Below, piece by piece: positions 10,533 through 23,659 of a stretch of 64,000 bases of DNA (positions within the stretch are counted from its first letter, which is position 1; each line of letters opens with the position of its first letter). The position numbers were made by a program, and so were the translations under genes. This stretch comes from Geosiphon pyriformis uo1 (taxonomy: Eukaryota > Fungi > Glomeromycota), in assembly GCA_016748015.1 (NCBI GenBank), contig JAAOMT010000219.1:355045-419044 (forward strand). The letters run 5' to 3'. The notes under the pieces are model-generated. The model saw nothing but the letters and a program-made list of their open reading frames with translations. It made no database searches and was not told the origin of the DNA.

Positions 10533-13030
10533 GCACACCTTCAAAGAGTAAGAGTGCAAGCCAACCAGAAGAAAACCTCTTTTTTGCTTTTAACTTAACT
10601 AATAATGATCATGATATGGATGAACTGGCAATTAACACTTCTGAATTAACAAAAAAGAAGAAGAAAGCCAAGGTTGATTTCGTTATAGATTCAAAGAAAG
10701 CCTCCATATCAACTGCCAATAACAATGAACCACCAAAGACTAAAGTTTTTAAAAATTCTTCAAAGTTGGAACCTCCAGAAATTGTACAAAAATTTGGACC
10801 CTATTTTTTTGTCAAGAATCTCATGGAAATGCCTGCACACATTACATTTGGCCAACTGATGACCCATCTACAGTTCAGAAAAGATCTTCACAAATCATTA
10901 ATACCAAAGAAAAAGACACCAAAGACCAACAAACACCTTCGCCAAGCTGGACTTGCTGATAACAACAATGTTACTCCTTTGATTTGTAAAGCCCAAGTGG
11001 CTGGTTACTTTATTGATCTGATCTTAAACAGTAGATTATCTGTTAGTGTAATTGCCAAACATTTTTTTGAAACAATTGGCAGAAAGATTAATGAGTCTTT
11101 TACAAGACCAATAACTAATATACATGGTAACAAGAAGAAAGATCTGGGTATAGCCAAAGCTATTCCTGTCCACATCAATGGTATCAGCATTAAAACTGAT
11201 ATGAAAGTATCTGAAGCAAAAGAGTACACCATAATTGTTGGTAATAAGTGGCTTAAGAAAGCCAAAGCACTACTTGACTATGAACTTTGTGAGCTAATTA
11301 TCAGATATGGTGAAAAGCCCATTGTAGTTAAGTGCTGTCATTGGACAACCTCTTCAGTACCCAAGCAAAACCAAGAAGAAGAAACAGATAAATCAAATGA
11401 TGATGAGAGTGATGATGAAAATCAAAAAGAACAAGAAGAAACTGCTAAACTCGCCTATACCATCTTTACCAGCAATAACAAGCCACTGGACAATGTTAAA
11501 GCTAACAAAGAAGAAATTATGGTAAATGGCAAGCTGATTTGCTGGCCCTACTATGATATCTTTAGAAGAACCTTTGACAGAAAACCTAGCAAGAAAGCAA
11601 AATATAGTTATTGGTAGCATGGCTTTTGTGCATGGTGCTGGTGTAATAAATCTTTGTATTCACCAAATAATAAATGCAAATCCTGCCTAATCTATTACAA
11701 AGATTGGAAATCAATTAGCTTGATACTCAGAGAAGAATTAAAAGAAGTACAGAAGTCCTTTGAGAGTAAACCACCTGAAATCCAATCACTAGTTGTAGAA
11801 CAAAGAGAACCTTTCTTTGAAGAAAGGAAAGTGAACATTGAAAATCTGTTGGCTAAAAATAGCCCAGTTATCTCAAAAGAAGGTGATATTCCTGGATAAA
11901 TCCATGTAATACAACACACTATCACCACCAAAAAAACTCACCCCATCCATTTAAAGCCTTATCAATCCAATCGACATAATAATAAGTTTATTAAGAAAGA
12001 GATAAACTGAATGAAAAATCTTGAATTCATATAAGAAACCAAGAGTGAATGGGCTTTTCCAGTTGTAGTGATATCCAAGAAAAGTGGAATCCTACACTTC
12101 TGTGTTGACTACTGCCAATTAAATGCCATCACTATAAGAGATATATACTCACTTCCCAAAATTGATGCAATGCTAGATAAATTCAATGATACTGCTTTCT
12201 TTTCAACCATTGATTTAACTGCTGAATTTTGGCAAGTAGAGATGGATTCAGAAAGCAGAAAAAAAACTGCTTTTATTACCAAGTATAGCACCTATAAATT
12301 CACAGTCATGTCTTTTGGTCTTACTAATGCTCCTCTTATCTTTCAATGCCTAATGGATAAAGTGTTTGAATCAGTAAAAGAAAACTTTGTTTTGGTTTAC
12401 TTAGATGACATAATAATATATTCAAAAATCTGGGATGAAAACCTTAAACATTTACAAAAGGTTTTTGACCTGTTCAGAAATGCTGGCCTTAAGATCAACC
12501 CAATTAAATCTTTCTTTGGATGCCAATCCACCCAGTTTTTTGGTCATCTTATTACAAAAGATGAAATCTTCTTTGACCCAGCTAAGGTTGAAAAAGTCCA
12601 GAACATTAGACAACCAATAAATGTTTTTGAACTATGCTTTTCCTTGGTTTGGCCTCTTACTATCGCAAATTTATCAAAGATTTTTTTAAAATTGCCTTTT
12701 CTCTTAATCAGCTACTCAGAAAGAATGTCAATTATTACTGAGGCACTTATTAACAAAAAGCTTTTGAATTTCTGAAGGAAAAACTTGTTACTGAACCAAT
12801 TCTTAAACAATCTGATCTGAACCAACTTTTTATCCTTTACACTAATATATCTGGTTATGGACTTGGTGTTATCCTTTTACAGAAAGATGAAAATGGCAGA
12901 GAACATACCATAGCATATGCCAGTAGATCTCTTATACCAGCAGAAAAGAACTATTCAGTTACTAAACAAGAATGCTTAGCAGTAGTTTGGACTACTAGCT
13001 ACTGAGATTAATATCTTCTTGGTGCAAAAT
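10520..13030 (+). pseudogene. pol: pol of A2 (protease, Cys-rich linker, RT, truncated RNase H)
   Basis: ORFs 10616 (LILNSRLS, IIVGNKWL), 11654 and 12068 (FCVDY, FGLTNAP, VYLDD). The RNase H C-terminus is lost in a ~208-bp deletion relative to A1. Confidence 0.92.
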
Positions 13031-13056
13031 TATTAGTAACTTTTTCACAAACAAAC

Positions 13057-14376
13057 ATGATAATGGACTTGAACAACTACTCTGCTTTAATAGAATTTTT
13101 GGATAAAAGACAATACCCACCAAAATACACTTGACAGCAAAGAAAACATTTGCACAAACAATCAAATTTCTATTTGATCTGCCAGAATTAATTATACAAA
13201 AGAAACAGAAAAAATTCTGATCACTCTTAGAGAGTCATCAGATTTGAAGAAAAAAAAATTGTAATATACAACATGTATACTGACCCATTAGCTGAACACT
13301 TTGGAAAAACAAAAACAATTCAAAAAACTTTAGTTCATTATTATTGGCCTACTTTGGAAAAAAACATTGCTGAATACATCAAAACCTGTGACATCTGCCA
13401 AAGAAGAGACAAACCCAATCGCAAAGAAGATATCCATCCAATCTCTATTAGTCAACCATTTGACAGAATTGGTATAAATATTGTTGGACCTTTAACAATC
13501 ACTCCTGATGGCAACAGATATATTATTACAGCTACTGACTATCTTACAAAGTGGGTAAAAGCAAGAGCCACTCCAGACCAAACAGCAGTTTCAATAGCCA
13601 ATTTCATCTATGAAGATATCATTTGTTATCATGGCTGTCCCAAAAAACTTTTATCTAATAGAAAAAGAGCTTTTCTTAGTACACTGGTTAAAGAACTTTG
13701 TAGAAAAATAAGAATACGTTATAAACTTTCCTTTCTTTATTACTCCTAAACAAATGGCCTAGTAGAACATTTCAATAGAACACTATGTGAAACCCTAGCC
13801 AAGACCAGTAAAGAAACAAACTTATGGGACAAAGTACTGTCTTCAGCTTTGTTTGCTTATAAAACTGTGAATCATGACATAACAAGTTATGAATCTTTTT
13901 ATCTGCTCTATAGACACATAGCAACACTACCAATAAAAACTGATATTGAAACAATACCCTTTGAAGAGATTACAATAGAAAATTACAAAGACATTTTGCA
14001 AAGAAGACTTGGTACTATTCTTGACTCCTTGGTAGAAGCACGAATAATTGCTTTTGAAAAAATAAAACAGTTCCAAGAAAAGCTTAAGAAAAAAAAAACC
14101 TATAAAACACTTTCTTTAAGTATTGATGACTTGGTATTAGAATACCATTTTGACAAAGACAATATTTATGGTGATAAATTTTCTAGCTGGTAGAAAAAAC
14201 CCTTTATAGTCAACAAAGTTTTGAACAATGGTTCTTATATTCTTCAAGATCAATCCAGAACAATCTTCAATGATCATCCTGTTTATGGTACATAACTCAA
14301 AAAATATCATAAACAATCTGATTGGTTGCCTATTGTAGTAATACTGACTTAAATAATCAGCAAAAATCAAGTATAA
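13057..14376 (+). pseudogene. Integrase of A2 (own ATG)
   Basis: EHFGKTKT...YYWP...CDICQRR, PFDRIGINIVGP, TDYLTKW, GLVEHFNRTL; one frame broken by nonsense codons. Confidence 0.9.
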
Positions 14377-14417
14377 ATAAATGCACTATTCCCAAAACAG
14401 AGATATCTTCAATTAAC

Positions 14418-15074
14418 ATGAACAATTATTTTCTAGATCAAAACATTCAAAATGCCTTCTATACTCTTCATAAGTATTGGATTAAAAACTATCCAAATGC
14501 TATTCTAACCATTGGAAAACAAACCACTATAACTGATAACAATGAAACACATACTGTTATTAGACCAAAAAAAACTACTACCAAAAAAGAAAAAATTGGT
14601 AGTAAAATAGATAAATATCTGTTGAAAAGTATAACAGCAGCTATATTTTTATCTTTCAATACAATTAGAAAAACACTTCAAGAAATCTTATCCATAGACA
14701 AAAACTTGTTATATGAAAAGCAATTAGAACTCTATGGTTACCTTGGTGAAATTATAGAGAATATGAAACTTATGAAGTAAACAATTTCAGAGATACAGGC
14801 AAAAATTTTGGGTATTATATGGTTAGATGTTTCAAGAGTTTTAACTATTGCTAAAAGAGCCAAAACTCTAATACAAAAGTTTGGTCTCTTGGATACAAAA
14901 CTCATTTTGCCTCAAGTGTTATATACTTTATCCACAAAAAACTTCAACAAACTAGTTAGCTTTGAGTTAGATAAAACCCTTTAAATAGATTATCTTATGA
15001 ATAGCTTGATTTCACCAGAGCTTAATTTCTTTGAAGAGGATGATGTTATGATTGAAACCTATACTTTTTATTAA
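14418..15074 (+). pseudogene. ORF3 of A2, ~218 aa unknown protein ending inside the 3' LTR
   Basis: Single frame MNNYFLDQ...EEDDVMIETYTFY* with two internal TAA; conserved in at least 4 copies. Confidence 0.8.
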
Positions 15075-15709
15075 TTATCACATGTATTAGCCACTAATGT
15101 CATATAAATTAGCCACTCTATTTTTGGAAAGTGATCATTAACCTGATCATTGATCTAGTTGTTGATCTGATCATTGACTATTTTTGACAGCTATATAAGC
15201 AATAAATCTCTTAGCTATAGAAAAGCATGTAAAAATCAAAGAAATAAAGAAATAAAATAACAACTTCATTTCAATTCTTCTCTTATCACTAATTTCCCTT
15301 TCCCTACCTTTAAGTATCTGAACATCTTAAAGATAAAAGACTACTTGTTGGCATTTACCTATCCTTTTTCTGAAACATGTAATTGCAGCATTTAAAAACT
15401 ATTGAATAAAACATAACTGAAAAGCACATTTAATACCTGATATTGAATTCTAAGAGTGCTAATGTGAGGCATAGAATTATACTAGGTGTGATCAATTGTT
15501 GACAGTATGGACTATTTTTTTACCTTCAGATTCTCCAGTTATCCTTTAAAAAGTATAGTGACTGAGATATTTTATGAGACTAATCTCACACATTGAATCT
15601 ATACTTATTTAATTCACTCTTTAAAGTTGAATTCTCTTTGATTATTTCCATTACCCTACAATTCTGTTCTCCCTTGCTATCTATTAGCTTATTATTCCAA
15701 CCCATAACA
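15044..15709 (+). repeat. 3' LTR of A2
   Basis: Preceded by PPT gaagaggatga; four 12-bp repeats; ends cataaca. Confidence 0.93.
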
Positions 15710-18700
15710 GTATGAATCCAAGATTTTTTATCTGGTTTATCTCTTTTTTGATGAACTCATTATTGTATTAATTGGATTGATAAGGCTTCAAATAGATAGG
15801 ACAAGTTTTCTTGGTGGTGATGGTATGTTGTATCACATGAGTTTATCTAAGAGTATTACCTTCATTTAAGATAACTGGGCTATTTTTAGCCAACAGATTT
15901 TCAATGTCCATTTTTTTTTTTCAGAAGAAGATTCTCTTTGTTCTACAACTAATAATTAGATTTCAGGTGGTTTATTCTCAAAAAACTTTTGTACTTCTTT
16001 TAGTTTTTCTCTGGGTATCAAATTAATTGACTTTTAATCTTTGTAATAGATTAGGCAAGACTTATATTCATTATTAGAAGAATACAAAAGTTTATTGCAC
16101 CAGCACCTGACACAAGGGCCATGCCACCAATAACTGTATTTTGCTTTCTTGTCAGGTTTTTTATCAAAAGTTCTTCTAAGTATATTATATTAGGGCCAGC
16201 AGATTAGCTTGCTATTTATTATAATTCCTTTTTTGTCAGTTTTAATATTGTCCAGTGGTTTGCCATTGCTAGTGAAGATAGTATAGGTAAATTTAGCAGT
16301 TTCTTTTTGTTCTTCTTGATTTTTTTCTTTATTATTTTTATCATTATCTGATTCATTTGATTGTTCTTCTTCTTGGTTTTGCTTGAGTACTGCAGAAGTT
16401 GTTCAATGATGGCACTTAATCACAATGGGCTTCTTACCACATCTGATGATTAGCTTACAAAGTTTATAGTCAAGTAGCACTTTGGCTTTTTTAAGCCACT
16501 TATTACCAACAATTATTGTGTACTCTTTTGCTTTAGATACTTCTATGTCAGTTTTAATGCTAATTCCATTAATGCAAACAGAAATAACTTTGGCTATGCC
16601 CAGACTTTTCTTCTTGTCACTATGTACATTGGTCATTGGTCAAATAGAAGACTCATTAATCTTTCTGTTAATTGCTTCAAGAAAGTGTTTGGCAATTACA
16701 CTAACAGATAATCTACTGTCTAGGATCAGATCAATGAAGTAACCAGCCACTTGGGCTTTACAAATTAAAAGAGTGACATTGCTGTTGTCAACAAGTCTAG
16801 CTTGATGGGGATGTTTGTTGATCTTTGGTGTTTTTTTCTTTGGTATTAATAATTTGTGAAGATTTTTTCTGAACTGTGAATGGGTCATTAGTTGGCCAAA
16901 TGTAATGTGTGCTGGGATTTTCATAAGATTTTTAACAACAGAATAGGGGCCAGATTTTTGTACTATTTTTGGGGTTTTTAACTTTGGAGAATTTTTAAAA
17001 ACTTTAGTTTTTAGTAGCTTATTGTTATCAGCAGTTGATGTGGATGCTTTTTTTGGATATAAAACGAAATCAATCTTGGCTTTTTTTTCTTTCTTGTTGA
17101 TTCAGAAGTGTTGATTGCTAGTTTATCTATGTTATGGTTATTATTAGTTAGGTTAAAAGCATAAAAGGGGTTTTTTTCTGGTTGACTTGCACTTTCACTC
17201 TTTGGAGATGTGTTTACCAATTTAAAAGCTGATAAACAATGGCTTTTACTAAAGAATCCTCTCCAAAAAAATTGATATTAGCATGGTTAGGCCTTTGATT
17301 GAGAACATTGTTGTTAATAATTCTGTTGTTTTGATTGTTATTGTTTCTGAAAGCTGGAGGAGATAGAGAAAGATTGTTGCAATTTCTGGAGAAATGTTCA
17401 GTTAATCTACAGCAATAACATACAGATAAACCACAATTTTGTTGTCTTTGATAAGGAGGTTGCTAAGACTAATTAAAATGGAGTTCATATCTAAGTCTTT
17501 GTGGTTGCTGGTTGTCTCTGACTGCTTGGGCTAATGGTTTTAATAGTCAAGCAAAATTTGCTGTAAATTTATCTATTAACTGTTTATTTGTGTCTTGAGT
17601 TTGGGTGGCAAAAAAAGTAGCAGCCATTTATGAAACAAGAGCCATAACAAAAACAGGAGCAAAAACTGAAAGAGTAGATCCCAGATGCATTTTTTGGTTA
17701 TCTTTTATTCTCTAAGTAAGTTCAATAGCCATATCTATTGTAAGATTATTTTTTAAGACCAGGAGAGGCCAAAATGCATATGACAGATCTGTTCTCAATT
17801 CTTTTGTAAAGGAATGAATTTTTTGCTTTTTTGTCCAGTTTTTTTCAGAGTTTACTCTTTTAATTAACTTTCTGATGGCTTTGGCATATTCAATTACCAC
17901 TTCACCAGGATCTTGGGTTTTTTTTTCTAGTTCTATGTACCATTTAGAGATTAGAATGGGAGTTCTAAATTTAGTTTTAAACCAGATTGTAAAAAAGATG
18001 TTTTTTTCTTTAGCATTTGTTGGTGCCCATTTAATGATTCTTTGATAAGCACCAACATTAGTTTTTTGTAAGAACCAAGTAGCAGAAAAGTCTTGGAGGT
18101 AGCCACCAATGATTTAAAACTTGTATTTATTATCATATTGGTTGGTTGTGGCAGTTCTTTCAAAATCATTTAACTATTTGATTGGATCTTGTGCATTACT
18201 TCTAAATAAAGATAGTAGGGTGTTATTTTTTTGCCCTAAAGCAGTTTGTATGCCTTGGAGGGCAATCAGAATATTTTGTTGTATAGAGTCATTAGCCATT
18301 GGTTTAGGAGTAGCTGTTTGTGTGGAATGTTCTGATTTACTTAAAAAGAGATTAAAAACAGAGGCAGTTTAATAGCTTTCTTCTTCTGTTTCAAAGGGTG
18401 TTTCAGCTAGCTGATAAACAGCAATCCAATTGTAAATTTGGTGATTTAGATATTCAGAATCAAGAGGCTGTTGTTCAAAAGTTGTGGAGTATAAAAGCTG
18501 ATTGATGCTGTTGTTTTTTTCTTCAAAGTTGTTTTCAAAATAAGCTTGGTCAAAGTAATAAGTTGTATAAGCTGTATAGGTTTCAACTGAATGTTTGTTT
18601 AGGAACCAGTTCTAAAAGTCTTGGAATTATTTACTGAATTGTTTTTCAATAAAGAAGCAAATTAAGCAGAAGGACAAAGAATTGAGTTCAATAAAGTCTA

Positions 18701-18819
18701 GATTGTTTTTGTTGTGTGCTTTAAAGTGTTTTTCTGATTGTTGTGACAGATATAAATAATCACCTATACAATAAAAAACAAAGTGGATTTTAACAATCTC
18801 ACAAAGAGCACCACTTTTA

Positions 18820-19490
18820 TGTTACAGGTTGGAGTAACAAGCTAATAGATAGCAAAGGAGAACAGAATTATAGAGTAATAGAAATAATCAAAGAGATTTC
18901 AACTTCAAAAAGCGAATTAAATAAGTATAGATTTAATGTGCAAGATTAGTCTCATAAAATATCTCAGTCACTATACTTTTCAAAAAATAACTGGAAAATT
19001 TAAAGGTAGAGGAATAGTCCATACTGTTAACAAATAATCACACACTGATATAATTCTATGCCTCATATCAATGCTCTTAGAATTTAATATCAAGTATCAG
19101 ATATACTTTTCAGTCATATTTTATTCAATAATCTTCAAATGCTGCAATTACACATTTTAGGAAAAAGGTAAGAAACAATCAACAAGTAATTTTTTATTCC
19201 AAGATGTTTAGATACTTAAAAGTAGAAAAAAAGAAATTGGTGATAAGAGAATAATTAAGATGAAAGTTGTTATTTTATTTATTTTTTTTCTTTTTTTGAT
19301 TCTTATATGCTTTTCTACAGCTAAAAGATTCATTACTTATATAGCTATCAAAAATGGTCAATAATCAGATCAACGACTAGGTCAATGATTAAGTCAATAA
19401 TTACTATCTAAAAATAGTGTGACTAATTATATAATATTAGTGGCTAATATATGTAATAATTAATAAGAAGTATAGGTTTTAACCATAACA
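18820..19490 (-). repeat. 5' LTR of A3
   Basis: Reverse-complement homologue of 8251-8927 with adjacent PBS at 18797-18813. Confidence 0.9.
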
Positions 19491-22058
19491 ATATAATGTA
19501 ATAATATTTTGTCTTTAATTTTGAATTCAGCTGGTTTATTTAGTAATTAACTATTATATTTTTGTTTTTGTTTTTCTTGTAATTTTTTGATATATTTAAC
19601 TGCTTTTTTTTTATTTTTTAAGATTTTTGTATAATTTAAAATATGTTTTCTGTTATTAATTTTATTAAATATGTTAATATTTTTTTTATTGGTAATATTA
19701 CTATTTTGTTATATACTAGTTTAAATAATATTACTTAAACAGTATCTTGTTTTATTGTTTAAAAAATAAATAGTACTAATAATATAAATATGTTTTATTC
19801 TTTTTGGTTTTTTTAATTGATTTTGGTTAATGTTTTATATAATATTCTATTAAATCTTTTGATTAAGCTATTTATTTGTGAATAATATAATAATAATAAT
19901 TTTTTAACTCTAAATTTTTGGCTTAATTTTGCTAATATTCTGTTTACAAAATAGATTTTTTAATTTAATAATAATTTTTTTAGATATTTAAGTTAACATA
20001 TTAAGTTTTAATAAACAAACTTAACTATTAATTTTACATTAGCTTTTTGTATAGCTTTAATTTTTAGTTATTTTCTAAGATAATTTATAATAATAGTAAT
20101 ATATTGATTGTTTTTGATTATTATTAATAATAGTTTTACTAAATTGATTTTAATCTAATTAAATAATTGTTTAACTTTAATTGGTCTTAGTGGTTTGTTT
20201 GGTTTTATTCCTTTTTTTTTAATAAGTATTGTAACTTTACACATATTGTCATATATTTGAATATATTGTTGGCCAATGATATAATTGCTTAATTTTTTTT
20301 AATATTGACTTCTAATTAAAATATCTTATTATTAGATTTAAGTACATATTAAACAATATTGTTTTTTTTTCTGTTTTTTTATTACTCTTAATAAATTAGT
20401 TGGGTCTTGTTAATTTTTTTAATATAATATATTTTGGTAATTAATATAATATTTGGCTTGTTGATAAATTTTATTTTGTTTATTTTGAGATAATTTTTTT
20501 TAAACTGTTTAATAATAATATAGTAAGCTAATTTTTAATAGTTTTTATTGTTTATTTTATTGTTTTGTTGTTGTTTTGTTGTTTTTATTTTTATGGTTGT
20601 TTTATTTGTAATAAACTATTAGTATTTTTATTTTTATTTTTAAGATATATTTTGTATTTAAAAAGTAAAAAAGCAGTCTTTTATTTAGCAATTATATTAT
20701 CAGCTAATTTTTTTTTAACTAATAATGTCAATTTTTTATGATCAATATAGACATTAAATTTTTGGTATAAATATTTTTCTATTTAATTATAGCTTAATAT
20801 ATTGCTAAGTATTTTAATATTAGAATTCTATAATTTTTTTCTGTTAGACTTAAGTTTCGCTAATATATACTATTAAGTACTTTTTTTATTTAATTTTTTT
20901 GGTGATAATATTGTTATTAATATTAATTTAAAAGTATTAATAATAATCATAAATCTTTTATTATGATTTAAATATATTAGAATTAGAATTTATATAAGTT
21001 TTTGTCTTAATATTTTAAAAGCTTGTTATTATATATCTGTTTATTTATATTGAGCATCTTTGATTTGAAATTGTTAAAATAATTGTATAATTGTTAAAAA
21101 GTTTTGTATAAATTGTTTATAATATTTAGTTAATTCTAAAAAGTTTTTAAGTTTTATTAAATTTTTTGATTTTAAAAAGTTTTTTACTTTTTCAATTTTA
21201 TTTAAATCTATTTTAATGCTTTTTTTTCCAATTATATATTCCAAAAATTTGAGTTCTGTTTTTTCAAAGAAATATTTATTTGTATTTAAATTTAATTCAG
21301 CATATTTTAATCTTTTAAACATTTATTATAAATAGTAAAAATGTTTATTAAATATTTTTGAGAATATATTGATATTATTTAAATAAACAATTACTGATTT
21401 TTATAACATACCAAAATAAATAATTTTTATTAGTCTTTGAAATATAATAAACATATTGATTAAACTAAGTAATATTATTTTAAATTTAAAATTCTTTTTT
21501 TTTATTGTAAATGTTGTTTTCTTATTATTATTTAAATTTATAGCTATTTGTCAATAGTTATTATTTAGATTCAATATAAAAAAATTTTTTTTTTCAAATA
21601 AATTTAACAATTTTTAAATTTGTGAAGTTAAATAGTTATTACTATGAATAATATTATAAAGTTTCTAATAATCTATACAAAACTAGATTTTTTTTATTTT
21701 TTTTTGTATTAATATTATTGATAATAACTATAAATTTATAAATAATTAAATTAATTTATTATCTAATATTTAATTAAGTTTTTTGATAATTTTATAATTA
21801 ATTAGTAGTATTTTATATGTTTTTTGCTTAATTGGCATTGTATTCTAGTTTTTATTTTGTGTTAAATTATATTTGTTTTTCTAAATTTATTTTTACTTGC
21901 AAAAATATTGGTATATTATTTAAACAATACTTAGAGTTATATTTTTTGTAATTGGTTTAGATTTTTCAAGTTTATTTGTTCCAATTATTTTGATTAAAAC
22001 AAATAATATTTGCTTTTTTAATCCCAAATTTGTAATATAAAATTTATATATCTATATA

Positions 22059-23335
22059 CAATATAGGACAAAAAAAATTAAACACAAAAAACTAATTATT
22101 ATACTTTAATTAATAGACCAAATTTTACAAAAAATATATCATTAGAAAGATAAAAAGCACATTATTTTATTAAAAAAATTAATAGAATATTAATATGATA
22201 TTTTTTCCCCCTTATTCATAATCACCATCTTACAATGCTATTTTATTGATTCTACTAACCTGATAAGAGTAAATTCAAAAATCATCTGCTATTCTTTTTC
22301 CATAAACTGCATTAACTGGTCACAATTTTTGGGCATTCATTTTTCTATCTTATTCTTGACAATAACTCACAAGTTTTCAATAAAGTTCAAGTTGAGTGAA
22401 TTGGCAGATCAGTTAAGAACATTATTAATATTAGCAGCTATAAAGGCTTGAGAAACTTTGTTTTTGTGTTTTGAATTGTTGTCTTGCTAGAATTACTACC
22501 TATGCTCAAACATTTTTCTAATTTTAGACAGATAAATACGAAGAATTTCTATGTAAAAATGACTATCTATTATTCCAGTAAAATAAAATAAACTTGTTTT
22601 TCTTTCTTTATAAAAACCACCCCAAGCAAAGACTTTTGTTTGATTTTTTAGAATGGCATAGATGGGCCATAAACCTTTATACCAACACTCTAATGTGTTT
22701 TAGAATAAACAAAAGACTATTTCATCTATAAAAACAGTTTGGTCCCAATTGTCATTCAAGTATTGGTAAGCCTATTTCAAATGTCTTTCTTTATGTTTAA
22801 CAGTAAGCATTAGAATAGACCGAGAAAAAATTTTTTTTGTAACCAAGAAATGCTAAATGCCTTCCAATTGTTTTATAGAATACCTCTACATTTATTTTTG
22901 ACAACTTTGTTGTCAAAGTTCTTGTTGAAATTGAGGAATTCCATTTGATGTATAATTGTAATACTTATGAAGCAACCCCTTTAATCTTTTTTGGCTGACC
23001 ATTTCCACCTACATGCTCCACCACCCTGGTTTTTTTGAGTTTTTTAAGAATATTGTAAATAGTAGAACATAGTATATTTGTTTGCTTCTGTATTTTCATT
23101 GCAATTTGTATTTCTTGGTTCCAAAAATACAATACTGTTTGTTATTGTATTTTTTGCTTAGATGTTGTTATTTTTATACAAAAATTAAAAAAAAAGTAAT
23201 AAAATCCACAAAAAAAATATATAAGCCAATAGTTACTTACTTTTGTATTTATTTTCAATTAACCTCGTTACAATCTAACCAAAATTGGTTAAACTAGATC
23301 AAATCTTGTAAAATGCATTTTTTTGTTCCAGACTG
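22059..23335 (-). mobile_element. Tc1/mariner (DD34E) DNA transposon, degenerate
   Basis: TA on both sides (22057-58, 23336-37). Imperfect TIRs caatataggacaaaaaaa / rc cagtctggaacaaaaaaa. Minus-strand transposase: HTH (TNILCSTIYNILKKLKKT), VFIDE, QDNNSKH-34 residues-IENL. Confidence 0.88.
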
Positions 23336-23659
23336 TAACTAATTGAAATTTGGCATATTAATTAACAATTAGTTCTCAATTTTTAAATTCAAATATTTAA
23401 TAATAGTATTTGTTAGTATTTTTACATAGTTTTTAATATTATTAAGAATTGAAATTCTTATATTTTTGTAATTTTTGGCTGGTAAATATCAGTTGGTAAT
23501 AATAATAGTCTTATTTTGGTATTTTTTAAGTTTTATCTCAAAAATTTGTAATTAATCTTTAATTTTCTATGGTATTTTTAATAAGTATTTATAATATAAT
23601 AAAATAAAAACAATATAATTTATAGAATTAGTTTTTTTTTAATCTGTAATTTTTTCTGC

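Larger units (their letters stand above)
8251..15709 (+). mobile_element. Full-length Ty3/Gypsy family A, copy A2 (degenerate)
   Basis: Two LTRs, TSD GTAT (8247-8250 / 15710-15713), PBS, PPT, and gag-PR-RT-RH-IN-ORF3. Confidence 0.95.
5971..19490 (-). mobile_element. Ty3/Gypsy family A, copy A3 (minus; 5' LTR-gag-PR-RT-partial RNase H), host to solo LTR D and element A2
   Basis: Segments 19490-15710, 8250-8201 and 6807-5971 join seamlessly into family-A sequence once the two inserts and one copy of each TSD are removed. Confidence 0.9.
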
